From: Thermoproteaceae archaeon | GTDB taxonomy: Archaea > Thermoproteota > Thermoprotei > Thermoproteales > Thermoproteaceae | Direction of reading: 5' to 3' | Assembly (NCBI GenBank): GCA_020833025.1 | Contig: JAJHRB010000020.1 | Span: 1-22,815, forward strand | Length of the DNA stretch: 22,815 nt | In this document: one piece after another, positions 8,181 to 15,702 of the stretch | Layout: each line of letters begins with the position of its first letter | Position numbering within the stretch: position 1 is the stretch's first letter | The notes under the pieces: generated by a model | The model's input: only the letters and a program-made list of their open reading frames with translations | What the model was told of the DNA's origin: nothing | Database searches by the model: none | Program-made: the position numbers and the translations under genes

Positions 8181-8224
8181 GAAATTGGTGCGGCGGCCGG
8201 GATTCGAACCCGGGACCAACGGCT

Positions 8225-8240
8225 CTCCCCGCCGGGAACG
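8225..8240 (-). other. tRNA-Gly intron at canonical position 37/38 (16 nt, CGTTCCCGGCGGGGAG)
   Basis: Central helix CTCC/GGGG (one G.U), bulges CA|C and AG|A, weak inner helix GTT/GGC. Confidence 0.85.
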
Positions 8241-8245
8241 TGGGA

Positions 8246-8262
8246 GTGCGGCGCGTGCGCGT
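8246..8262 (-). other. tRNA-Gly intron at non-canonical position 32/33 (17 nt, ACGCGCACGCGCCGCAC)
   Basis: BHB-type motif: central helix GCGG(27-30)/CCGC, bulges CC|A and AC|T, inner helix CGC/GCG. Confidence 0.85.
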
Positions 8263-8319
8263 GGCCGCCATCCTAGACCAGGCTAGACTACCGCCGCCGT
8301 GTTCAGTCGCGGGGTCTCC

Positions 8320-8333
8320 TTAATAAGCTTTTA
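8320..8333 (-). promoter_or_regulatory. BRE/TATA promoter of tRNA-Gly
   Basis: The minus strand reads AAAAGCTTATTAA about 23-35 nt upstream of G1. Confidence 0.75.
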
Positions 8334-8586
8334 GCGGGCCGGGACGCGGCTTAGGGGCGTGCCGCGGCCGCCGCTTTTTGTCTCCCGGCTCTAGGCAGTC
8401 TTGCTCTCGCTCGGCCTCGCGCGACTGCCGCCCCTGCCGCTCGCGCTGGCGCCTGCGGCGCCTCCGTCCGGCGCGCCTTGGAGGCGGCCGGCAGTAAGGC
8501 AGCTGGTCGTCATGGAGCGCAAGCAGCTTCTCGAGTGTGCAAGGCGCTTTGAAAGCGTGTAGTGGGACTCCGGCGCTGCGGCCGGC

Positions 8587-9831
8587 CTAGCTTAAGTACT
8601 TCCTCGGGTCGACAATCTTGCCCTCGAGCGCCGCCGCAGCAGCAGTAGCGGGGCTTGCCAGGTATATCTTGGCGTCCGGGTGGCCCATCCTCCCCCTGAA
8701 GTTCCTGTTGCCCGTCGAGACAACGACCTCGCCGGGCCCGGCGACTCCGAAGTGCCCGCCGATACAGGGGCCGCACGTGCTGTGCGTGACCGTGCACCCA
8801 GCCCTGACTAGCACGTCTATGTAGCCGAGCTCTAGCGCCCTGAGAAACGCCGAGCGGCTGGCCGGTATCACTACGCACCTGGCCCTGGCGCGCCCCCGCT
8901 TGAGGACTCTCGCCGCGATCTCGAGGTCTCGCAGCCTGCCGTTCGTGCACGAGCCTATGAAGACCTGGTCCACCTCGACTCCCTCGACCTCCCTCACGGA
9001 CTTGACGTTGTCGACACTGTAGGGCGCTGCCACCAGAGGCTCGAGGCCGCCCAGCTCGACCGTGTACCCGTCCGCGTGGCCGCCCAGCTCCAGCCGAGGC
9101 GGCGAGTACTGAACTCCCCTCTCCCTCAGCAGGTACTCGGCGGTGACCGCGTCGGGCACGAACATCATGGCGTCCGCGCCCAGCTCCACGGACATGTTCG
9201 CAATGGTGGCCCTGTCGTCCATCGGCAGTGCCTTCGGGTCGCGCACGAGGACCTCGACGGAGTAGCCGTTGAGCCCCTCAGCGCCGAAGTGTCCGAGCAA
9301 GTACAGCGCCACGTCCTTCCCGGTCACCCCGCGCGGCGGCGAGCCCTCCACGTCCAGCCTGAAAGGCGCCGGGAAGACGAGCCAGGCCCTGCCGAGCTTG
9401 AGCGCTGCCGCTATGTCGGACGCCCCGAGGCCCTGCGCGAATGCCCCGACGGCGCCGGCGGTGCACGTGTGGGAGTCCGCGGCAAATATTACGTGCTCGG
9501 GCATCGCGTACCTCTCCAGCACCAGCTGGTGGAGCACCCCGTCGCCCACGTCGTGGAAGTGCGGCAGCCCGAGAGACCTGGCATGCCTCCTGATGTAGGC
9601 CATAATCTCGGCGGCCCTCTGGCTGGGCGGCGGCGAGAGGTGGTCGAACGCGACGACGACGCGCTCCCTGTCGAAGACCTCGACGCCGCCCATGCTCTCG
9701 AGAATCTCGAGCACGTGATAGCCCGTCAGGTCGTGGAAGCCGACGAGGTCTGGAGCGAGCTCGACGACATCTCCGGGAGATGGCGCGCGTCCCAGCTTTT
9801 TCTTGAACACGTGCTCGGACCACGTCGGCAT
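8587..9831 (-). CDS. leuC: 3-isopropylmalate dehydratase / homoaconitase large subunit (LeuC/HacA)
   Basis: Motifs DHLSP, ADSHT, GSCTNGR, CGPCIG and STGNRNFRGRMG, with three Fe-S cysteines. Substrate (leucine versus AAA-lysine pathway) cannot be resolved from sequence. Confidence 0.92.
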   Translation of the reverse strand: MPTWSEHVFKKKLGRAPSPGDVVELAPDLVGFHDLTGYHVLEILESMGGVEVFDRERVVVAFDHLSPPPSQRAAEIMAYIRRHARSLGLPHFHDVGDGVLHQLVLERYAMPEHVIFAADSHTCTAGAVGAFAQGLGASDIAAALKLGRAWLVFPAPFRLDVEGSPPRGVTGKDVALYLLGHFGAEGLNGYSVEVLVRDPKALPMDDRATIANMSVELGADAMMFVPDAVTAEYLLRERGVQYSPPRLELGGHADGYTVELGGLEPLVAAPYSVDNVKSVREVEGVEVDQVFIGSCTNGRLRDLEIAARVLKRGRARARCVVIPASRSAFLRALELGYIDVLVRAGCTVTHSTCGPCIGGHFGVAGPGEVVVSTGNRNFRGRMGHPDAKIYLASPATAAAAALEGKIVDPRKYLS

Positions 9832-9849
9832 TGCGCGCGGCCGCGCCGC

Positions 9850-9890
9850 TCAATTTAAGCTGTGCTGGGCGTGCCGGGCTTTTTAGCGGC
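9850..9890. promoter_or_regulatory. Divergent TATA boxes for leuC (minus) and the trmY-like gene (plus)
   Basis: CTTAAATT (minus, ~9852-9859) and CTTTTTAG (plus, ~9880-9887) each lie about 22-28 nt from the ATG at 9831 and the GTG at 9909. Confidence 0.6.
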
Positions 9891-9908
9891 CGCCGCGCTG
9901 CCGGTCTC

Positions 9909-10400
9909 GTGATAAGGCGCTTTCTAGTGATAACCTCGGCGCGCAAGTTCCAGGAGCTCCCGCACGTGCACGCGAGGATACTCACGGCAGCGCTACTCCT
10001 CTCCCGCGGCGTCAGGCACGACGCCGAGGCGGTCTTCTACCTGAAGGACGAGGACAAGACCGTGAGGGTCGTCGGGAGCAGGGTCAGGAGGCTGTTTCCC
10101 GACGAGGACTCGTCTATCGGGTTCCTGAGGAAGGCCCTCACGAGAGGGGGGCAGGCGGGCGTTATTGTCAGGAGGGGGGCCAGGGACTTGCTGGCCGGCA
10201 CCGCTATAGGGCCGGGCGGCAGGAAGGCGTGCATCCCGCGGCCGCCGTTTACCTACGTCGTGAGGTTCGAGGACCTCCCGCTCGACGTCAACTGCAGCGC
10301 CGGCCTGGAGGACCTCCCGCCCCACCACCAGGTCGTTGTGGTTAACGTGACGGCGGATAGGGTGCTGCGCGGGCTCGACGCCTTGATGCCAAATGCTTAA
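9909..10400 (+). CDS. TrmY-like SPOUT protein (tRNA pseudouridine-54 N1-methyltransferase family), short and divergent (163 aa)
   Basis: Start reassigned from 9831 to the GTG at 9909 by TATA spacing. MIRRFLVI, LLLSRGVRHD, KTVRVVGSRVRRLFPDEDS and the C-terminal HHQVVVVNVTADR recall TrmY motifs. Confidence 0.6.
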   Translation: MIRRFLVITSARKFQELPHVHARILTAALLLSRGVRHDAEAVFYLKDEDKTVRVVGSRVRRLFPDEDSSIGFLRKALTRGGQAGVIVRRGARDLLAGTAIGPGGRKACIPRPPFTYVVRFEDLPLDVNCSAGLEDLPPHHQVVVVNVTADRVLRGLDALMPNA

Positions 10401-10423
10401 TTAGCGGCCCCGCTGCGCGCGCC

Positions 10424-12067
10424 GTGATGCAGAGAGCGGCACTGGCCATTGCAGTCGCTGCACTGTGCGTGAGCGCGGCCGCACTGCTGCTCGGCCCGCT
10501 CTTGAGACTGCCCGGCGCCGGGGGCGCCCCCGCGGCAAAAATTGTAATCGTGCCTGTCAATTTCGTGCTGCAGAGCCCGCATGCTGACGAGCTCGTCAGT
10601 GCGCTGCTCAGGCTGTCGCAGAGGGACGACGTGGCCGGCGTGATACTGCTGGTGAACACCCCGGGCGGCACGGTGCCGGCGACAGAGGCGCTTTACGCGA
10701 CTCTGAGGGGCCTCAACAAGGTAAAGCACGCCGTCGTTGCGGGGATGGCGGTGTCGGGAGGGTACTACGTCGCAGTCGCCGCGGACAGGATCTACGCAAC
10801 GCCCTCGAGCTTCGTCGGCGGCGTGGGCGCGATAGCGGTTCTCTGGCCCGACGAGTACCTCTACGACATTCCCGACTACGTGTACACGACGGGGCCCCTC
10901 AAGTACCACGGCAAGGAGCTAGTTGACCTCTACAGCGACGTTGACAGAATCGCGGAGAACTTCCTGAGCGCCGTCGTTGAGAGGCGCGGCGACAGGCTCA
11001 GGGCGGGCCCCGAGGTGCTGAGGTCCGCTGCGCTGTTCACGGCGTCTGAGGCGCTCGAGCTGGGCCTCGTCGACGCCATCGGAGGAGTCTTCGACGCTGC
11101 GAGGGACATGGCGAGAGAGCTCGGCCTCAGTAGGTATGCGCTTGTGGAGCTCGGCGAGCTGCTCGGGGAGAACATAACGGGCGCCCGCGAGGGGGGCTCG
11201 TGGCGCGTGCCGCTCTCGCGCCTGCTGAGCTCCTCGCCGCTCCCCGTGTTCTACATACACCCCGCAGCCCTTGAGCTCGACGTCGGCGGCGCGCAGCAGG
11301 CGGGCATCGCGCCGCAGGCGCCGCAGGCCGGGAGGCCCTACGTCGTTCTCGACATGTCGCACGACAACATGATCCCGAGGGGCTTTATCGAGGTCTTGAG
11401 GGCCGAGCTCGCCAGGAGGGGGCTAGTGCTTGCCGCGGCGACGAGCGAGAGCTCGCTGGCAGAGCTCTTGAGGAACGCGACAGGCCTCGTGGTGGTCAAC
11501 CCGGCGTCGCCGTTCTCCCAGCGGGCTGCCCTGGCCGTGATCAACGCGACCGCGAGGGGCGTGAGGGTTGCGTACTTCTACGACGTGCGCTCGAGCGCCG
11601 TGGTCGTCGTGTCCGGCTCCGCGCGAGTCGCGCCGTACTCCCACTTCGCGGCCCCCGACGCCCTCCCCATGTACTTCAACATGTCGGGTCTCAGAGCCGT
11701 CTACAACTTCACGCCGGCCGGCGCCGGCCGCGCGCTCAACTGGCAGTTCGTGGTAGCCGCGCCGCGCGCGTGCAACTGGACGCTGACGTGCAACTTGAGC
11801 AGGCTGGTTCTCTTCAGCCCCTCCGCGGTGTCGACCAACGCGCCCTGCAGGCTGGCAGTCATGGGGCGCGTGCTCGGCTACGGCGAGGGCGAGTACGCGG
11901 TGGTCGCGCAGTCTGGCAACTTCCTCTTCGTCGGCTCAGTGAGGTCCTTCACGCCCTACTTCATACAGCAGGGAGACAACAGGCAGTTCCTCTCTAGGGT
12001 CATTGACTGGCTGTCGGGCCTCTCTGGAGCAGCGCGCGGTAGAGCCACCAACTGTTCAGCTCGCTGA
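10424..12067 (+). CDS. S49 (SppA-like) Ser-Lys peptidase fused to a C-terminal GATase-like/DUF4350-type domain; secreted or membrane-anchored
   Basis: N-terminal signal/TM; NTPGG, catalytic-Ser motif AVSGGYYVA, SSFVGGVGAI, TTGPLK (Lys), EALELGLVDAIG. The C-terminal domain starts YVVLDMSHDN and ends GDNRQFLSRVIDWL. Start is either GTG 10424 or ATG 10427. Confidence 0.85.
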   Translation: MMQRAALAIAVAALCVSAAALLLGPLLRLPGAGGAPAAKIVIVPVNFVLQSPHADELVSALLRLSQRDDVAGVILLVNTPGGTVPATEALYATLRGLNKVKHAVVAGMAVSGGYYVAVAADRIYATPSSFVGGVGAIAVLWPDEYLYDIPDYVYTTGPLKYHGKELVDLYSDVDRIAENFLSAVVERRGDRLRAGPEVLRSAALFTASEALELGLVDAIGGVFDAARDMARELGLSRYALVELGELLGENITGAREGGSWRVPLSRLLSSSPLPVFYIHPAALELDVGGAQQAGIAPQAPQAGRPYVVLDMSHDNMIPRGFIEVLRAELARRGLVLAAATSESSLAELLRNATGLVVVNPASPFSQRAALAVINATARGVRVAYFYDVRSSAVVVVSGSARVAPYSHFAAPDALPMYFNMSGLRAVYNFTPAGAGRALNWQFVVAAPRACNWTLTCNLSRLVLFSPSAVSTNAPCRLAVMGRVLGYGEGEYAVVAQSGNFLFVGSVRSFTPYFIQQGDNRQFLSRVIDWLSGLSGAARGRATNCSAR

Positions 12068-12977
12068 CCAGCGCCGGGAGCAGCGACGCGGGCATTCTGG
12101 CGCCTGCCGCGCGGCGGTGCCCCCCGGCGTGAACGCCGTGCTTTCTCGCGAAGTGCCTCAGGAACTCGCTCAGGTCCAGGCTGGCGGAGCGCATGCTGAC
12201 GGCACAAGTGCCGTCCCTCCTCCTCTCTGCAGCCACCCCGACCTCGACTCCCCTGAGCCCCCTGGCGAGAGTGGCGGCAAGGCCCAAGGGCCCCGGGGGG
12301 TTCACCACGTACGCGACGGCCCCGTCAACCACAGCATACTTGTCAACCCACGCGACCAGCTCCTCGTTCACTCTCGCCTGCTCCTCCGCCAGCCTCAGGA
12401 GGCAGGGTAGCGCCGACGGCGCGGCGTTCCTGGACAGGTGGTCCACGGCCGCCCTCTTGATCTCGTGGTCCTTCCGCGCCCTCTCGAGCCCCAGCATGAG
12501 CACCCCGGCCTCGAAGTACACCACTCTCTTGTCCCACATGCTCAGCGCGTCCCTCACCCACTGCGTGTCGTCGAGGTAGTCGCTAATCGCGCCGTAGAGC
12601 GCCACTCTGCTGTAGCCGGCCGGGAGCCTGCCGCCGAGCAGCCTGTACGCCAGCTCGGACGCCGACGCGCCCTCCTCGTGCACAACCTCGACGCCGGGCA
12701 GCTCGACGGAGAGCGGGTGGTGGTCGATGTACACCACGCGCCCGCCGTGCTCCATCAGCGCCTCGCTCACGTCGCGCGCGACGAGCTCGTCTATTGCAAC
12801 GTCGACCACGTAGACGTCCCCGGCGGCGGCCTCCCTGAAGTCCTTGAGCAGGTCGACGGGGTGCGTGAAGTAGACGCGGACCTCGTCGTACTCCCCCGAC
12901 AGCGCGGCCTTTACGATCGCCGCCGAGCACACGCCGTCCGCGTCCCCGTGGGCTAGTATTGTCAGCACGCGCGGCAT
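12000..12977 (-). CDS. DHH/DHHA1 family phosphoesterase
   Basis: Motifs AHGDADG, VVDVA, YIDHHP, GAISD and AGGHRRAAG. Confidence 0.92.
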   Translation of the reverse strand: MPRVLTILAHGDADGVCSAAIVKAALSGEYDEVRVYFTHPVDLLKDFREAAAGDVYVVDVAIDELVARDVSEALMEHGGRVVYIDHHPLSVELPGVEVVHEEGASASELAYRLLGGRLPAGYSRVALYGAISDYLDDTQWVRDALSMWDKRVVYFEAGVLMLGLERARKDHEIKRAAVDHLSRNAAPSALPCLLRLAEEQARVNEELVAWVDKYAVVDGAVAYVVNPPGPLGLAATLARGLRGVEVGVAAERRRDGTCAVSMRSASLDLSEFLRHFARKHGVHAGGHRRAAGARMPASLLPALVSELNSWWLYRALLQRGPTASQ

Positions 12978-13043
12978 ACGCGCTGCCGGCTCCCGCCCCT
13001 CCGGGCTTGTTGAGGCTTATTAAACTGCCGGTGTTATGCGGGC

Positions 13044-13289
13044 GTGATAGAGGCGTTCGTGTTCATGAGCGTTGAGTCGGGGGCCGAGGACGAGGTGTGG
13101 GACGCCCTGCTGAAGATGCCGGAGGTCAGGGAGGTAATGCTGGTCTACGGGCCCTACGACTTCATCGTCCGCATTTCCGCGAGCACGGCAGAGGACTTGA
13201 GAAAGCTCGTGGCCGAGAGGCTGCGCAGGCTGCCCAGAGTCAGAAGCACCATGACGCTAGTGATTGCAAGGTCCGAAACAAAACAGTGA
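13044..13289 (+). CDS. Stand-alone Lrp/AsnC ligand-binding (RAM) domain protein
   Basis: VREVMLVYGPYDFIVRI...LRRLPRVRSTMTLV, with no HTH. TATA CTTATTAAA about 23 nt upstream. Confidence 0.88.
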   Translation: MIEAFVFMSVESGAEDEVWDALLKMPEVREVMLVYGPYDFIVRISASTAEDLRKLVAERLRRLPRVRSTMTLVIARSETKQ

Positions 13290-13292
13290 GGT

Positions 13293-13763
13293 CTACTGCC
13301 CCTGCGCCCTGCCTCCCTCCGCGCCCCCCTGCTCTCTCTCCTTGAGGACTCTCTCCAGCTCCCTCGCTCCTAGCGGTATTGCCGGCGGCCCCGAGTAGCC
13401 TGGGGGGTATACTATCACGGCGTTTATCTGCACTATGCCGTCAGTTATCGTGTCGCCGCGCACTAGCTTCCTCCTCCTCATCCCCCTCCTCGGCGGGCGG
13501 TAGCCGGGAGGGCCCGAGATGAGCACGTACCTCTTGACCGGGCCGGGAACGCCGGGGTGCATCGGCGCGCCCTCAATTCCGCTGCCCCCTGTTATCCTCA
13601 CCTTTGCCCCCCTGGGCAGCTTGACAAACTCCCCGAGCGCCGAGCCGTCTATCTCGTCGCCTATCCTGAGGCCTATAAAGCGCTGCGCGAGCGGGTCCTT
13701 TATCTCAAACTGTCTCGCCTTGCCCGACACCGGGTCCGAGAGCACTAGCTTGAAGATGGGCAT
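13293..13763 (-). CDS. rps6e: 30S ribosomal protein S6e
   Basis: FKLVLSDP, IGLRIGDEIDG, ITGGS, GPPGYRP and RRRKLVRGDTI. Start reassigned to the ATG at 13763 (TATA-like CTTTTTAG about 25 nt upstream). Confidence 0.95.
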   Translation of the reverse strand: MPIFKLVLSDPVSGKARQFEIKDPLAQRFIGLRIGDEIDGSALGEFVKLPRGAKVRITGGSGIEGAPMHPGVPGPVKRYVLISGPPGYRPPRRGMRRRKLVRGDTITDGIVQINAVIVYPPGYSGPPAIPLGARELERVLKEREQGGAEGGRAQGQ

Positions 13764-13874
13764 GCGGGCGTCGGGGCGGGGCCCTAAAAAGTCTTCCCGA
13801 AGGCCCGGGAGCCTCCCTGCAGCGGGAGGGAGCTGGGGGCGCGCACGTTTATTTCTGCACGGCACGCCGCGCTC

Positions 13875-14501
13875 GTGGAACTCGTCGTGCCGATATGCCA
13901 GCCGTGGCGCGAATTTCAGGAGGTCACGCTGGTGGTGAGGGAGGGCGGCGCGCTTGCGGTCGGCCGCACGGAGGCAGGCTTCGAGGAGAGGGGCGCGCGG
14001 CTCGAGGAGGTCGAGGAGCTGCTGGCGCCGTACGCGAGACTGTACGACAGGCTTGCCGGCAGCATAGCGCGCGCGCTGGGCGTGGAGTACAAGCCGGGCG
14101 GTGGCGACTTAATTGCGTGGCTGAGGGGGCACGTGTCGTTCCTGGACGCCGCCGGCGCGAGGTGGGGGAGGATCGTCGACTCTGCGGGGCCCTTCAGCGT
14201 CAGGCGCGAGCTCGACAGGGTCTACATTCCCTACAGCGGGCACGCGCTCACCCTCACGTACGTCGCGTACCCGTACCGAAATGCCGTCGTCGCGGCTGAG
14301 AACCGGGGGAGGGCGATTGCCATAGGGAGCGTGGTGGTCGAGTGGGGAGGCGTTAGGGTCGCGTCGGCGGGGCTCCGCACGATAGCCGGGGCCCTCCTCC
14401 TGGCGCAGGCGGCGCCCGAGCTCGCGCCGGCGCTCGCAGAGATCAGGCGGGCGCTCGGCGAGTTCGTCGCCGAGTTTAGCTCCATGTCACCCTGCCGTTA
14501 A
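13875..14501 (+). CDS. Hypothetical protein (208 aa)
   Basis: Coding-like composition, own TATA (GTTTATTT, ~13847-13854), fills the gap between S6e and ybaK. No recognised family. Confidence 0.8.
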   Translation: MELVVPICQPWREFQEVTLVVREGGALAVGRTEAGFEERGARLEEVEELLAPYARLYDRLAGSIARALGVEYKPGGGDLIAWLRGHVSFLDAAGARWGRIVDSAGPFSVRRELDRVYIPYSGHALTLTYVAYPYRNAVVAAENRGRAIAIGSVVVEWGGVRVASAGLRTIAGALLLAQAAPELAPALAEIRRALGEFVAEFSSMSPCR

Positions 14502-14590
14502 TGCTTTTAACTCGCGGCCCCAATAACTTGGACCCCCGGCGGGGGGCGCGTGGGCGGCGGGCACCGAGGCGGCACCGCCGCGACGGCGCT

Positions 14591-14998
14591 CTAGCTCAGG
14601 GCGACGGGTCTCGCGAGGCCCCTCTTAACGAGATCCGCCGGCCTGAACCTCAGGAGGCTGTACTCGTCGCCGCCCCCGCCGTAAACGCAGTCCTCAGCCA
14701 GCAGCTCCTCGTCGATGTAAACCGGTATGCCGAGGACAGGCGGGACTCCCCCCACCCTGTACCCCGTGACGGCCAGCACCTCCTCCGGCGCTGCCATGCG
14801 GCAGCCGAGAGACCTCACGTCAAGTCTCTTGGTGCCGCGCAGGACGTACGCCCTGTACTCGCCCCCGCACCTCACGACGAGAGTTTTAACTATCTTGCTC
14901 TCGTCAACTCCCAGCGCGCGGGCCGCCTCGCGAGCGGTGCGCACGGGAGTCTGCAGCCTGATCACCTCGCCCAACTCTTCCGGCTTCACGCGCCTCAC
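14591..14998 (-). CDS. YbaK/EbsC family aminoacyl-tRNA deacylase
   Basis: KIVKTLVV with the conserved Lys and [14 protein letters not shown] overlap with the tpiA stop. Confidence 0.88.
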   Translation of the reverse strand: MRRVKPEELGEVIRLQTPVRTAREAARALGVDESKIVKTLVVRCGGEYRAYVLRGTKRLDVRSLGCRMAAPEEVLAVTGYRVGGVPPVLGIPVYIDEELLAEDCVYGGGGDEYSLLRFRPADLVKRGLARPVALS

Positions 14999-15672
14999 GC
15001 CCGCGCGAGCGGCCTCGCGAGCTCCACTATTTTTGCGTAGGGATCCCCCGCCTTGACCACCGCGCTCGCGACGAGAACTCCACGCGTGCCGAGCTCCAGC
15101 GCGGCGCTGACGTCGTCCCCCGACTCTACGCCCGCGCCGGTTATCACCGCGACGTCGGGAAAGTGCGCGGACACGAGCCTCACCGACTCGGTGATGACCT
15201 CCGGCTTGTAGCGGGACACCGCCCTCCCCGTCCCTATCAGCTCTGGCGGCTCGACGGCCACGGCGTGGGGGCCCAGGGCAGCCGCGGCCAGGCCTGTCCT
15301 GGCGTCGGGGGCGCAGACGATGACGTCCAGCCCCAGCTCGCGCGCCCTGCTCACGAGCCTCGAGAGCGTGTTGAGCGCGAGGGGGGCCTCGCTGTGGTTC
15401 AGTATCACGCCGGAGGCCCCCGCTGCCTTGATGTTATCAATGGCGACGTGAGCCGTGCGGGCGCCGGGCGCCTCGGCGTCGGCCCCCTGGGCGTAAACTG
15501 GTATCTCCACGGACTGCGCCACGAGCGCAAGCTCCACGTGATTCGGGGCCACGGCAATGCTCGCGCCGAGCTCTCTGGCCGCCCTCTCAGCCGCTCTCGC
15601 TATCTCGAGCGCTCTCCTGCCGGCCGCCTCGCTGTATGCCTTGAAGTTGACCACCAGGATCGGGAGTCTCAC
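14995..15672 (-). CDS. tpiA: Triosephosphate isomerase (archaeal type)
   Basis: [26 protein letters not shown] and [11 protein letters not shown]. Start moved from the TTG at 15696 to the GTG at 15672 by TATA (ATATTTATT) spacing. Confidence 0.95.
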   Translation of the reverse strand: MRLPILVVNFKAYSEAAGRRALEIARAAERAARELGASIAVAPNHVELALVAQSVEIPVYAQGADAEAPGARTAHVAIDNIKAAGASGVILNHSEAPLALNTLSRLVSRARELGLDVIVCAPDARTGLAAAALGPHAVAVEPPELIGTGRAVSRYKPEVITESVRLVSAHFPDVAVITGAGVESGDDVSAALELGTRGVLVASAVVKAGDPYAKIVELARPLARA

Positions 15673-15702
15673 GGCGCGCGGCGTGCCGCCGGTCAATAAA
15701 TA

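Larger units (their letters stand above)
8186..8297 (-). tRNA. tRNA-Gly(CCC) with two introns (32/33 and 37/38), CCA encoded
   Basis: Acceptor GCGGCGG/CCGCCGC-A-CCA; D arm GTCT..GGAT; anticodon stem GCGGC/GCCGT; T arm CCGGG-TTCGAAT-CCCGG. Removing 8246-8262 and 8225-8240 restores the loop C-T-CCC-A-A. Confidence 0.93.

Noticed and set aside
7747-8286. ORFs 7747..8271 (-) and 8071..8286 (+)
   Set aside because: They run through the tRNA-Gly gene and are artefacts.
8186-8297. tRNA-His, suggested by an extra G at -1
   Set aside because: The discriminator is A73, not C73, and the restored anticodon is CCC with Gly identity pairs G1-C72, C2-G71 and G3-C70.
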